DNA of 64,000 nucleotides from Bacteroidota bacterium (GTDB lineage Bacteria; Bacteroidota; Bacteroidia; NS11-12g; UBA955): contig JANXMZ010000055.1 of the NCBI GenBank assembly GCA_025354385.1, positions 8,350 to 72,349 of the forward strand, read 5' to 3'. Shown here in pieces: positions 38,323-47,393 of this stretch. Below the pieces are notes generated by a model. The model was not told the DNA's origin. It saw nothing but the letters and a program-made list of their open reading frames with translations, and searched no databases. Made by a program: the position numbers and the translations under genes. Numbering within the stretch: the first letter of the stretch is position 1; each line of letters begins with the position of its first letter.

Positions 38323-38835
38323 TTATTGTTTTTTGCTTATTTTTACTACAAAAGATAACGGTAAATTAACTTCCAAAGCACTTCCAAGTGCTTCAACAGA
38401 TACTATTATACGCCTTTTACCTTTGATTACCAGAGATTTAGCAACCAAGCCAGTAAATGGACCTTGGGTTACCAAAACATCTTCACCTTCTTCAAAATCA
38501 ACATTTTCTATTGGCGAAACCTCCGATGAATCATTCATCAATATTTTGAGATTCTCTATTTCTTGGTCTTTAATTACTGCAGGTTGTCCTATGTATTTTA
38601 AAATCCCAAGTGCTCCTTGCACTTGAAGTGTCTCATAAACCCTTTCTCTCTCAATTTTAATAAACACAAAAGTGGAGATGAGAGGTGTTGAAATTTTCTT
38701 TTTCCGATCGCTCCAAATCCTTATGCTATTTACTAATGGTAAATAAGTATCGTAGCCTAAAAGTGTTAATTTATCAAAGACCCTTTTCTCTGCGTTTGGC
38801 CTGGTGTATATAGCGTACCAATTATTTTGAGCCAT
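38323..38835 (-). CDS. UpxY-family (NusG-like) transcription antiterminator
   Basis: WYAIYTRPNAEKRV...IWSDRKKKISTPLISTFVFIKI (NGN) and GEDVLVTQGPFTGLVAKS (KOW). Sits at the head of the polysaccharide locus. Confidence 0.85.
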   Translation of the reverse strand: MAQNNWYAIYTRPNAEKRVFDKLTLLGYDTYLPLVNSIRIWSDRKKKISTPLISTFVFIKIERERVYETLQVQGALGILKYIGQPAVIKDQEIENLKILMNDSSEVSPIENVDFEEGEDVLVTQGPFTGLVAKSLVIKGKRRIIVSVEALGSALEVNLPLSFVVKISKKQ

Positions 38836-38848
38836 TCCTCAACTAAAA

Positions 38849-39625
38849 TTAATTAGATTCATAAGTCCCATCAGCCTCTCTCATCATTCTGTGAGCCAAA
38901 TCCTTTCCTAAATACTTATCTATAATATTGTGAACGACATATAATAAAGGTGTCAATAAAATACTTAGTGCTAACTTATACAAATAGTTCATGATACCTA
39001 TTGCCAATACCTGATTTAAAGACCAATTGTTTCCAATATAAAAGGCAATAAACAAAACAACGAAACTATCAATTAATTGTGAAATTACTGTCGACCCTGT
39101 GCTCCTTAACCATAAATTCTTTTCACCTGATTTTAATTTTAGATAATGAAATATGCGCACATCTATTAACTGCCCTACTAAAAAAGCTACTAAAGAACCA
39201 ATGATGATCCACAATCCCTGCCCAAAAATGGCATGGTAAGCATGCTGCATGTTATCTATATTTTTTCCCTCGCCACTCTTTACCCACCAATCTGCAGGTG
39301 TTGTTCCAATCGCTGTAAATACAATTATGAAGGCATAAGAAATCATAATCGCTGCCAAATAACTCAATAGCTTAACGCCTTTCTTTCCATAGTATTCATT
39401 GATTATATCGGTCATAATAAATACAATTGGCCAAACAATTACACCGCATGTTAACTCAAATGAAAGATGCTCAAATCCAAGAATATTGATATCGAATTTT
39501 TTAAACCCGAAAGTATTTTCAAATGAAAATATTTTGGTTCCTATAAATTCAGCAACTATGGCATTTGTAATAAAAAATGCTCCTAAAATAATAAATAAAT
39601 TTGTCTTTTTATCGTTTTTATACAT
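38849..39625 (-). CDS. Queuosine-precursor transporter family protein (YhhQ/DUF165)
   Basis: WPIVFIMTDIINEYYGKKG, GQLIDVRIFHYLK, WLRSTGSTVISQLIDSFVVLFIAFY. Confidence 0.75.
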   Translation of the reverse strand: MYKNDKKTNLFIILGAFFITNAIVAEFIGTKIFSFENTFGFKKFDINILGFEHLSFELTCGVIVWPIVFIMTDIINEYYGKKGVKLLSYLAAIMISYAFIIVFTAIGTTPADWWVKSGEGKNIDNMQHAYHAIFGQGLWIIIGSLVAFLVGQLIDVRIFHYLKLKSGEKNLWLRSTGSTVISQLIDSFVVLFIAFYIGNNWSLNQVLAIGIMNYLYKLALSILLTPLLYVVHNIIDKYLGKDLAHRMMREADGTYESN

Positions 39626-41032
39626 TTATATTAATTCCAATTCATCTCCCATTTCTGGTATAAAAATATCTTTAAACCCTACATTTTTTAGTTTCTCTGC
39701 CCATGTCAATTGGGTGTCATAATCTCCATGTACAAGTATAAGTTTCTTCACTTCATCGGCTTTTTGGCAAGTAAGGTATTCTAACATCTCATTATAATCG
39801 CCATGGGCACTGTAATTTTCCATACTTTCGACACTGGCAACTACTTTATACATTTCACTAAAAATTCTAACCTCAGGGTCGCCAGCCTTTAGACGGCCAG
39901 CAAGCGAATCTGGAGAGGCATAACCAACCAGTAAAATGGTATTTGATGCATTTCCAATATTGTTTTTTATATGGTGCTTCACCCTTCCTGCTTCTGCCAT
40001 ACCACTAGCACTTATAATAATGCATGGTTTTTTAGAGTCATTGATTTTTTTTGAATCTTCAGCAGACTGCACATAATGCAGATTAGGAAAATCAAAAGGA
40101 TCGCCATCTTTATTAATATAGGCTAATATTTCTTTATTAAAATACTCGCGATGGGCAGACATCACCTGAGTTGCTTTGGTAGAAAGAGGACTATCTACAT
40201 AAACATCAATGACAGGTAGTTTACCTGCAAATGCCAATTTATCCAACGAATAAATAATTTCCTGTGTTCTGTCTATACTAAAGGCTGGTATGATTATTTT
40301 ACCTTTATTTTCAACACAGGTTTTTTGAACAATGCTTAATAAATGGGCATCAACATCTGTTTGAACGGCATGAAGTCTATCTCCATATGTGCTTTCGCAA
40401 ATGATGTAATCAGCTTGAGGAAAAGGTTCTGGACCTTTAAGTATAGCGTCGTTCTTACGACCAATGTCTCCGGTGAACGTTAGATTAATAACCGAATTAT
40501 CTGCTTTAGTTAATTCCAAATTCAATGCTACACTCCCTAATATATGTCCGCTCTCTGTTGTTAAAACTGTTACCTCATCATCTATCTTAAATTTACCTTC
40601 TAAAGGTATTTCAACCAACATGCTAAGGGTTTTCGTAGAATCTTCGGGTGAGTAAAGCGGTTCTATTAACTCTTGGTGCTTTTCGATTTTTCGCATATTA
40701 ATATATTTTAAATCGCTCTCTTGAATGTGCGCACTATCTAGCAACATAATTTCGCATAAATCAATGGTACCGCTAGTAGCGTAAATATTGCCATTGAATC
40801 CATCTTTTACTAACTTGGGTAATAATCCAGTATGATCAATATGTGCATGCGAAAGAATGATGTAATCAATACTGGCTGGCTCAAATCCCCAATGCCTGTT
40901 CAATAGGTTACTATCTTGCCCCATGCCTTGAAACAGACCACAGTCTAAAAGAATATTTTTACCACTATCGGTCGTAAGTAAATGCTTAGATCCTGTTACG
41001 GTTCTTGCTGCTCCCCAAAATGTCAACTTCAT
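39626..41032 (-). CDS. MBL-fold beta-CASP RNA-metabolising hydrolase
   Basis: LSHAHIDHTG, the beta-CASP portion, and C-terminal AHGDYNEM...LVHGD. Its stop TAA directly abuts the ATG of the next gene (39625/39626). Confidence 0.7.
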   Translation of the reverse strand: MKLTFWGAARTVTGSKHLLTTDSGKNILLDCGLFQGMGQDSNLLNRHWGFEPASIDYIILSHAHIDHTGLLPKLVKDGFNGNIYATSGTIDLCEIMLLDSAHIQESDLKYINMRKIEKHQELIEPLYSPEDSTKTLSMLVEIPLEGKFKIDDEVTVLTTESGHILGSVALNLELTKADNSVINLTFTGDIGRKNDAILKGPEPFPQADYIICESTYGDRLHAVQTDVDAHLLSIVQKTCVENKGKIIIPAFSIDRTQEIIYSLDKLAFAGKLPVIDVYVDSPLSTKATQVMSAHREYFNKEILAYINKDGDPFDFPNLHYVQSAEDSKKINDSKKPCIIISASGMAEAGRVKHHIKNNIGNASNTILLVGYASPDSLAGRLKAGDPEVRIFSEMYKVVASVESMENYSAHGDYNEMLEYLTCQKADEVKKLILVHGDYDTQLTWAEKLKNVGFKDIFIPEMGDELELI

Positions 41033-41093
41033 AGAAGCAAACTTAAGGATTTTTGAATCAAAGAAATTGAGATGTTATTTTTGAATATGAACA

Positions 41094-42722
41094 TCAAAAA
41101 ACAACTTGTCCACTTTTTATTGTATGCAAAACTTTCACTTTACTGAATTCATTTTTTGAAATGGTATTGAGATTGCCGTTTAAAATAATAAAATCTGCAT
41201 CCATGCCAGCAATCAAAGCACCCTTTCTATGCTCCAAACGACATGATTTGGCAGCCCAAATGGTCATCCCTTTTAGAGCTTGTTCTGGCAATAATTTTTC
41301 TTCTAATTGAAAAGGTTTTTGATTGGCTGCATTGATATTTTCTCTAAACACTGCACTATAAAAAGTAAATAGTGGATTTAAATATTCTACAGGAAAATCG
41401 GTACCCAATGGCAAATACCCATTTTGTTTCAACAAAGTTTGATAGGCATAAGCACCTTTCATTCTATTGTTGCACAAGCGATCTTCTGCCCAAGGTCCAT
41501 CGCTTGTAGCATGTGTAGGTTGTACAGAGGGGATAATTGAAAACTTCTTAAATAAATAAAAATCTTTTACATCTATTATCTGGGCATGCTCTATTCGCCA
41601 ACGCTCATCATTGTTCCCTTTTAAGTATTTCCCATAAATTTCGAGCAATAGTCTATTAGCCGAATCGCCAATGCAATGGGTATTTACCTGATAAGTTGTT
41701 GTATTTTTAATATCGTTGCACCATTTATCAAAATATACCGCATCATTTAGCAACATGCCATTATGATCTTTTCTGTCGCAGTAAGGTGTTTTTAATTTAG
41801 CACCTCGGCTGCCCAGGGCACCATCTGCATATAATTTAAAACTACATATTTTAGTATGGTCGTTTTCATAAACTCCCTTGTTTTGAGCAAATTTCAAACC
41901 ATTACTTGTTGGATTTAGCATTATGTATAAGAAAATAGAAAGTTCATTTTTTGTTCCCAAGGAATCTAAAAACAAGGCAGTTTCAATATCTAAACCTGCA
42001 TCCGCCAATGTTGTTAAACCGAGGCTGTAGCATTCCTTCTCAGCTTTTTTTAGCACTGTAAATAATTCTTCATTCGATGGTGGTGTAATTACTTTTTCAA
42101 CCATGTCTACAGCATTGTCTATTAATACTCCGGTTAGTTTTCCATCCTTTCTGATAAACTCCCCACCTGCCATAATTGAATTCTCCTCAATACCTGCAAG
42201 CGTCAATGCTTTTTGATTGCATATGGCTGCATGCCCATCAATTCTTTTTAAGATGACTGGTTTATCTGGAAACAAAATATTTAATTCTTTATTATCCGGA
42301 TAGTTTTTATCCGCCCAATCATTTTGATCCCAACCCCTACCTATAAGCCATTCCGATTGAGATGTTTTACTAAATACAATTAGTTTATTCATGGCTTCTT
42401 CCCAACTACTTGTGCCTACTAAATTGCAACTTAAAAGTGTTTTTGCATACCCATAAAAATGGCAATGGGCATCTATAAAACCAGGAAAAATATTTTGCTT
42501 TTTTAAATCCGAAAAATTATTCACATGACAAGTATATTGTCTCAATAGGGTACTATCTCCAACAGCTATTATTTTTCCATTATCAATTATCATTACCGAA
42601 GCTTCTGGATGCTTATCATCCATGGTATGTATATTACCATTGAAATAAATGGCATCGACATTTTGTAAATTGCTTTTACAAGACAAAAGCAAGCAAATAC
42701 AGATTGTTAAAATATAACGCAT
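41094..42722 (-). CDS. Amidohydrolase-family (Amidohydro_3/YtcJ-like) lipoprotein
   Basis: FPGFIDAHCHF metal motif. I prefer the ATG at 42722, which gives MRYILTICICLLLSCKS (lipobox). The track start at 42764 lies 13 nt from the divergent gene. Confidence 0.75.
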   Translation of the reverse strand: MRYILTICICLLLSCKSNLQNVDAIYFNGNIHTMDDKHPEASVMIIDNGKIIAVGDSTLLRQYTCHVNNFSDLKKQNIFPGFIDAHCHFYGYAKTLLSCNLVGTSSWEEAMNKLIVFSKTSQSEWLIGRGWDQNDWADKNYPDNKELNILFPDKPVILKRIDGHAAICNQKALTLAGIEENSIMAGGEFIRKDGKLTGVLIDNAVDMVEKVITPPSNEELFTVLKKAEKECYSLGLTTLADAGLDIETALFLDSLGTKNELSIFLYIMLNPTSNGLKFAQNKGVYENDHTKICSFKLYADGALGSRGAKLKTPYCDRKDHNGMLLNDAVYFDKWCNDIKNTTTYQVNTHCIGDSANRLLLEIYGKYLKGNNDERWRIEHAQIIDVKDFYLFKKFSIIPSVQPTHATSDGPWAEDRLCNNRMKGAYAYQTLLKQNGYLPLGTDFPVEYLNPLFTFYSAVFRENINAANQKPFQLEEKLLPEQALKGMTIWAAKSCRLEHRKGALIAGMDADFIILNGNLNTISKNEFSKVKVLHTIKSGQVVF

Positions 42723-42776
42723 GATGCAAATATCTATTTCTTCCGCCATTCCCCAAAATATCATAATTTTGTACCA

Positions 42777-44210
42777 ATGTTTTTACCTGAACCTAATGCC
42801 TTTCAAGAACATGAGCAATTATTTAAAACCTTCGGTGAGTTGGCGGATAATAATGGAATTGAAATTTACTTGATAGGTGGATTTGTACGAGATATTTTTT
42901 TATTAAGAGATAGCAAGGATATTGACATTGTTGTGATTGGAAAAGGCATTGACTTTGCAAAAAAAGTGGCTCAAAAGTTATCACATAGTAAATTTTCATT
43001 TTTCGAAAACTTTGGAACTGCTCAAGTTTTATTCCAGGATTTGGTGATTGAATTTGTTGGCGCCCGGAAAGAAAGTTATGAGCTCAATAGCCGGAAACCA
43101 TTTGTAGAAGCCGGTTCTCTCAAAGACGATCAAGAAAGAAGAGATTTGACAATCAATGCTTTAAGCATTGGTCTTAATAAAAATAATTACGGGCAAATAG
43201 TAGATCCTTTTAAAGGTTTAGATGACCTCGACCATCAGATTATTCGCACGCCAATGGATCCTGATAAAACTTTTAGTGATGACCCATTGCGAATGATGCG
43301 CGCCATTCGGTTTGCCTCTCAGCTTGGATTTAGAATAGAAGAAAAAACTTATGATGGTATTGTAAGAAATAAAGAAAGGATTAAAATTATTTCTCAAGAG
43401 CGGATAACAGATGAACTGAATAAAATCATTTTATCTCCTGTTCCTTCCATTGGTTTTGAATATTTATTTGATACGGGTTTATTGCATTTAATTTTCCCTG
43501 AAATGGCCAATTTATTTGGCGTTGAAACGATTAATAAAAATTCTCATAAGGATAATTTCTATCATACCTTACAAGTACTTGATAATCTATGTAAATTGAG
43601 TAACGACCTATGGTTGAGATGGGCTGCCATATTGCACGATATTGCGAAACCAGCAACCAAAAGATACGAGCCAGGCGTAGGCTGGACTTTTCATGGGCAT
43701 GAAGACAAAGGCAGTAGAATGGTAAAACCCATTTTTACAAAATTAAAATTACCACTAAATGAAAAAATGAAGTTTGTGGAAAAACTTGTTTTACTGCATT
43801 TAAGACCGATTGTTTTATCTCAGAATATTGTTACCGATAGTGCCATTCGCAGAGTAATGGTTGAAGCTGGAGAAGATATTGAGGCACTTATGATGCTTTG
43901 CAGAAGTGACATTACAAGTAAAAATGAAAAGAAAGTTGAACGCATTAAGCAAAACTTTTTCATTGTTGAAGAAAAAATGAAAAATGTTGTCGAGAAAGAT
44001 ACTCTTAGAAACTGGCAACCTCCAATAACTGGCAATGATATTTTAAAATCGTTTCACATTGAGCGACCACAGCAGATCGGCCTCTTAAAAAATGCCGTCA
44101 GGGAAGCAATTTTGGACGACAAAGTGAGTGATAATTTTGGTGATGCAATGTTATTTTTAAAAGAATTTGCGAGCAGCCTCGGGATAAAAGAAAAAACTCA
44201 AGAAAATTAA
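42777..44210 (+). CDS. tRNA nucleotidyltransferase/poly(A) polymerase family protein with HD domain (CCA-adding-like)
   Basis: GGFVRD, RRDLTINAL, PLRMMRAIRFASQLGF, HD region WAAILHDIAKP...HGHEDKG. Confidence 0.75.
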   Translation: MFLPEPNAFQEHEQLFKTFGELADNNGIEIYLIGGFVRDIFLLRDSKDIDIVVIGKGIDFAKKVAQKLSHSKFSFFENFGTAQVLFQDLVIEFVGARKESYELNSRKPFVEAGSLKDDQERRDLTINALSIGLNKNNYGQIVDPFKGLDDLDHQIIRTPMDPDKTFSDDPLRMMRAIRFASQLGFRIEEKTYDGIVRNKERIKIISQERITDELNKIILSPVPSIGFEYLFDTGLLHLIFPEMANLFGVETINKNSHKDNFYHTLQVLDNLCKLSNDLWLRWAAILHDIAKPATKRYEPGVGWTFHGHEDKGSRMVKPIFTKLKLPLNEKMKFVEKLVLLHLRPIVLSQNIVTDSAIRRVMVEAGEDIEALMMLCRSDITSKNEKKVERIKQNFFIVEEKMKNVVEKDTLRNWQPPITGNDILKSFHIERPQQIGLLKNAVREAILDDKVSDNFGDAMLFLKEFASSLGIKEKTQEN

Positions 44211-44227
44211 TTTATTTTTGCCAAGTT

Positions 44228-44818
44228 ATGATTTACCGCTTTAAAGTTTGGTTCGAGGAAGATGAGGATATTAATAGGGTCATCGACATTCAACCTACCG
44301 CCACTTTTTTAGAATTACACAATATTGTTTTAGACTCCATTGGATTCAACAAAAAAGAGCCTTCTTCCTTCTATGTATCCGATGATAATTGGAGAAAGGG
44401 TAAAGAGGTAACTTTAGAAGATTCTGGAAATCTTAAACTATTAATGGAAAAAATAAAAATAAATGAGATGGTAAACGATCCTCATCAAAAGTTTTTATAC
44501 ATCACAGATTTTAAAGAACAATGGACTTTGCACATAGAATTGCAAAGCATACAAAATGATGTGAAAGGCATTAAGTATCCTTTAATTTCAAAGTCTAATG
44601 GCAAAGCACCAAAGCAAAATGAAGGATTAGGTAGATTTAAAATTGTTGACGAATCGGAGTTTGATGAAATTGCCAATAAATTAGTTAGCAAGCAAGCACC
44701 TATTTTAGATGAAGGTTTTGATGAAGAAGCTTTTGGAGAAGAAGGTGAAGATGACGAAACCGCAGAAGATGAATTTGGGGAAAGTTTTAGTGAAGGTGGC
44801 GAGGAAGAACATATTTAA
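44228..44818 (+). CDS. Hypothetical protein with MM3350/pRiA4b-ORF3-like N-domain and polyacidic tail
   Basis: YRFKVWFEEDEDINRVIDIQPTATFLELHNIVLDSIGF...FLYITDFKEQWTLHIEL resembles the PF07929-type fold signature. The C-terminal 45 aa are D/E-rich. Confidence 0.45.
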   Translation: MIYRFKVWFEEDEDINRVIDIQPTATFLELHNIVLDSIGFNKKEPSSFYVSDDNWRKGKEVTLEDSGNLKLLMEKIKINEMVNDPHQKFLYITDFKEQWTLHIELQSIQNDVKGIKYPLISKSNGKAPKQNEGLGRFKIVDESEFDEIANKLVSKQAPILDEGFDEEAFGEEGEDDETAEDEFGESFSEGGEEEHI

Positions 44819-44902
44819 TGCTTGATCAAAATATTCTTTAGCTTCAATCGGAACGTTTCCCTTTAAACAAAATAATCAAGTAAATAAGTTATAACCTAAA
44901 CT

Positions 44903-45667
44903 ATGCAAATTACCTTTCTTGGTACCGGTACTTCACAAGGTGTACCACTAATTGCATGCCAATGCGAGGTTTGCAAAAGTAACAATTCCAAAGACAAACG
45001 TTTAAGAAGCAGTATTCAATTTGATATTGATGGGAAGGTAATTGTAATAGACAGCGGTCCAGATTTTAGGCAACAAATGTTGCGCAATAACACGCTTCGG
45101 TTGGACGCCCTTATATTTACCCACGAACACAAAGACCACATTGCTGGTATGGATGATATACGCGCCTTTAATTACATTAATAAAAAAGCAATTGATGTAT
45201 ATGCAACAGAAAATGTTCAGACGGCTTTAAGAAGAGAGTATCAATATATTTTTTCCGATTTTAAATATCCAGGTATCCCAGAATTAGAATTTATTACTAT
45301 GGATGCGATGCATGCTTTTGAGGCTGCAGGAGTCACCATTACACCAATAGAAGTATTACATTATAAATTACCAGTGCTTGGTTTTCGTATCAATGATTTC
45401 ACTTACATAACAGATGCTAATTTTATTGATGATGTAAATATGGAGAAAATTAAAGGCAGCACCCATTTGGTATTGAATGCACTTCGACATGAACAGCATA
45501 TTAGTCATTATACACTTAATGAAGCTATTGAGGTTGCAAAAAAGCTAGAGGTTCCCAATGTCTATTTCACACATATCAGCCATCAATTGGGCTTACATGA
45601 TGAGATTAACAGACATTTACCAGAAGGTATGCAATTGGCATGGGATGGACTGAAATTAAACCTTTAG
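44903..45667 (+). CDS. MBL-fold metallo-hydrolase (PhnP/RNase-Z-like small form)
   Basis: FLGTGTSQGVP, CxCxxC (CQCEVC), HEHKDHIAG. Confidence 0.7.
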   Translation: MQITFLGTGTSQGVPLIACQCEVCKSNNSKDKRLRSSIQFDIDGKVIVIDSGPDFRQQMLRNNTLRLDALIFTHEHKDHIAGMDDIRAFNYINKKAIDVYATENVQTALRREYQYIFSDFKYPGIPELEFITMDAMHAFEAAGVTITPIEVLHYKLPVLGFRINDFTYITDANFIDDVNMEKIKGSTHLVLNALRHEQHISHYTLNEAIEVAKKLEVPNVYFTHISHQLGLHDEINRHLPEGMQLAWDGLKLNL

Positions 45668-45679
45668 TAAATCTTTATT

Positions 45680-46063
45680 TTGAAAAGCATAAAAAAATAC
45701 ATGGCTTTTACTTCATTCTTAATATTATTAATCTGGGAATTATGGGGCATCGTTCGTGGAGATTACGCAGTTTCTGTAGTTCCAGGTTGGCATACTCCAA
45801 TCATTGCTCCTTGGGCCATGTTTTCAATTACATTAACGTTATTTACCACATTTATTTTAATATTTTATATAATTACATATTGGCGATTAATTGGAAGGTT
45901 TGAATATTCTGAAATAAAAATATTTATCATTCATTTTTTGTTAAGCACACCTTTTGTAATTTTCAACAATTTAAATGTTCAGACCATGGCAATATTCTTT
46001 TTATTATTCTTAGCTGGATTTATTTTGTTCTCTTACAAATATTTTCAACTAAAAACTAGATAA
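45680..46063 (+). CDS. Small integral membrane protein (4 predicted helices), unknown function
   Basis: Hydrophobic segments throughout. The track start is TTG; an alternative ATG lies at 45701. Confidence 0.4.
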   Translation: MKSIKKYMAFTSFLILLIWELWGIVRGDYAVSVVPGWHTPIIAPWAMFSITLTLFTTFILIFYIITYWRLIGRFEYSEIKIFIIHFLLSTPFVIFNNLNVQTMAIFFLLFLAGFILFSYKYFQLKTR

Positions 46064-46091
46064 ATTAATTCCATAAAAAGTAGATATCCTG

Positions 46092-47003
46092 TTATTGGTT
46101 TTTACTTCTGTTCCTGATTTTCATTTTTTTCATGAAAATAATGGCTAATAAGCGCTCATAGTGTCTTCTTAAAAACTTCAATAATGAACCAATATTAGCC
46201 CCACTGTAATATTTATCTTCATAAAACAATAAAATATCATTTCGGGGAATCTCTTCCATTTTTGGATCCATGCTGTTTGTTTTTTTATCGTGCCAATGAA
46301 TAACAAAAGGATAACCTTCTTTATTTTTAAGCCGTTCAATAGATACCTGCGCAGTCGTTGGGTTTAGACCCTCCTTCATAAAATCCAAACGCTTTAAACT
46401 TATTTCACCATTTTGTGTTTTTTTCATCAACATGTAATTCAACAAGGGTTGTTCTCCCCCAAAAGTAAATGCCTCTCTGAACAATTGCACTCGCGGTTCT
46501 TTCCATTCCAAAAATTTACTAAAATCTGCACGCTTTAGTGTGCCAGAGGTACCTACAATTTGCCCACTATTAAATGTAAAACCTGGAAATACAAAATCAG
46601 GATCTAGTTGTCTAAGTTTATTGGGGTCAAAATAATATTTCAATATATCTTTTTCGGTATAGTTTTCTTCCACAACTATCCAATCTTCCTCATACTTCTC
46701 AAGTTCTTCCAATATAGGCCCAACCAAAACAATATCTGAATCCAACATCAGGAATCTCTTTTTTTCTATTTGCAAAATAGCTTCTAACTTGGAAAAGCCC
46801 CAACCATAGGCCCTGATATTTTGAGGAAAAATTTGAACATTAAAATATTTTTCCAACTCTGATGAATCAAAATCACCAAGAATTAAATCTTTAAGCAAAA
46901 CAATTGGAATAGACGGATACCAATGGCGAATACTAGCAACACAGATGCGTGTTAATCGATAATCTAATTTGTAACATGGAATATAAATTACTTCAATTTT
47001 CAT
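46092..47003 (-). CDS. Hypothetical protein, possible GT-A-type glycosyltransferase
   Basis: IYIPCYKLDYRLTRICVASIRHW...FLMLDSDIVLVGP (DxD-like). Confidence 0.35.
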   Translation of the reverse strand: MKIEVIYIPCYKLDYRLTRICVASIRHWYPSIPIVLLKDLILGDFDSSELEKYFNVQIFPQNIRAYGWGFSKLEAILQIEKKRFLMLDSDIVLVGPILEELEKYEEDWIVVEENYTEKDILKYYFDPNKLRQLDPDFVFPGFTFNSGQIVGTSGTLKRADFSKFLEWKEPRVQLFREAFTFGGEQPLLNYMLMKKTQNGEISLKRLDFMKEGLNPTTAQVSIERLKNKEGYPFVIHWHDKKTNSMDPKMEEIPRNDILLFYEDKYYSGANIGSLLKFLRRHYERLLAIIFMKKMKIRNRSKNQ

Positions 47004-47393
47004 TTATTAAAATGATTATCCATTTTATTCAATGGTAATGTGAGGCAAACATAAGCAAATAAGTATAAATTCAGAATATGAGTGGCAGATTCAAGTTATT
47101 CAGCTAGCCTTTGCAATTTTAAGATTAATATAAATTACAACCATCCCAACTCAACCTATCAATTAGCATTTGGAATTGTATTGTAATATTACCCTCCTTT
47201 GTTATTTTATTGACATGCGCAGAAAAATATTAGTTGGTAGACAGAGTTTAAGGAAATTAAGATACCTAGGTGGAGTAATCTTATTGTATCCTGAATAGCA
47301 AAGGTCCACTCATTTCTTATCCTAGGTTAACAAATATTCCCATTAAAAAAGCAATCTTTGTATTGGCATTAAAATGGCAAAAAGCATTTACCC

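Noticed and set aside
44228-44818. Possible mobile-element remnant, because the MM3350-like domain is sometimes labelled as an IS1096 passenger
   Set aside because: There is no transposase, integrase, inverted repeat or target duplication anywhere in the window.
45640-45903. 87-aa ORF overlapping the end of the MBL gene and the small membrane-protein gene
   Set aside because: It is an alternative frame of the region. The 45680/45701 frame gives coherent TM helices, while this frame does not.
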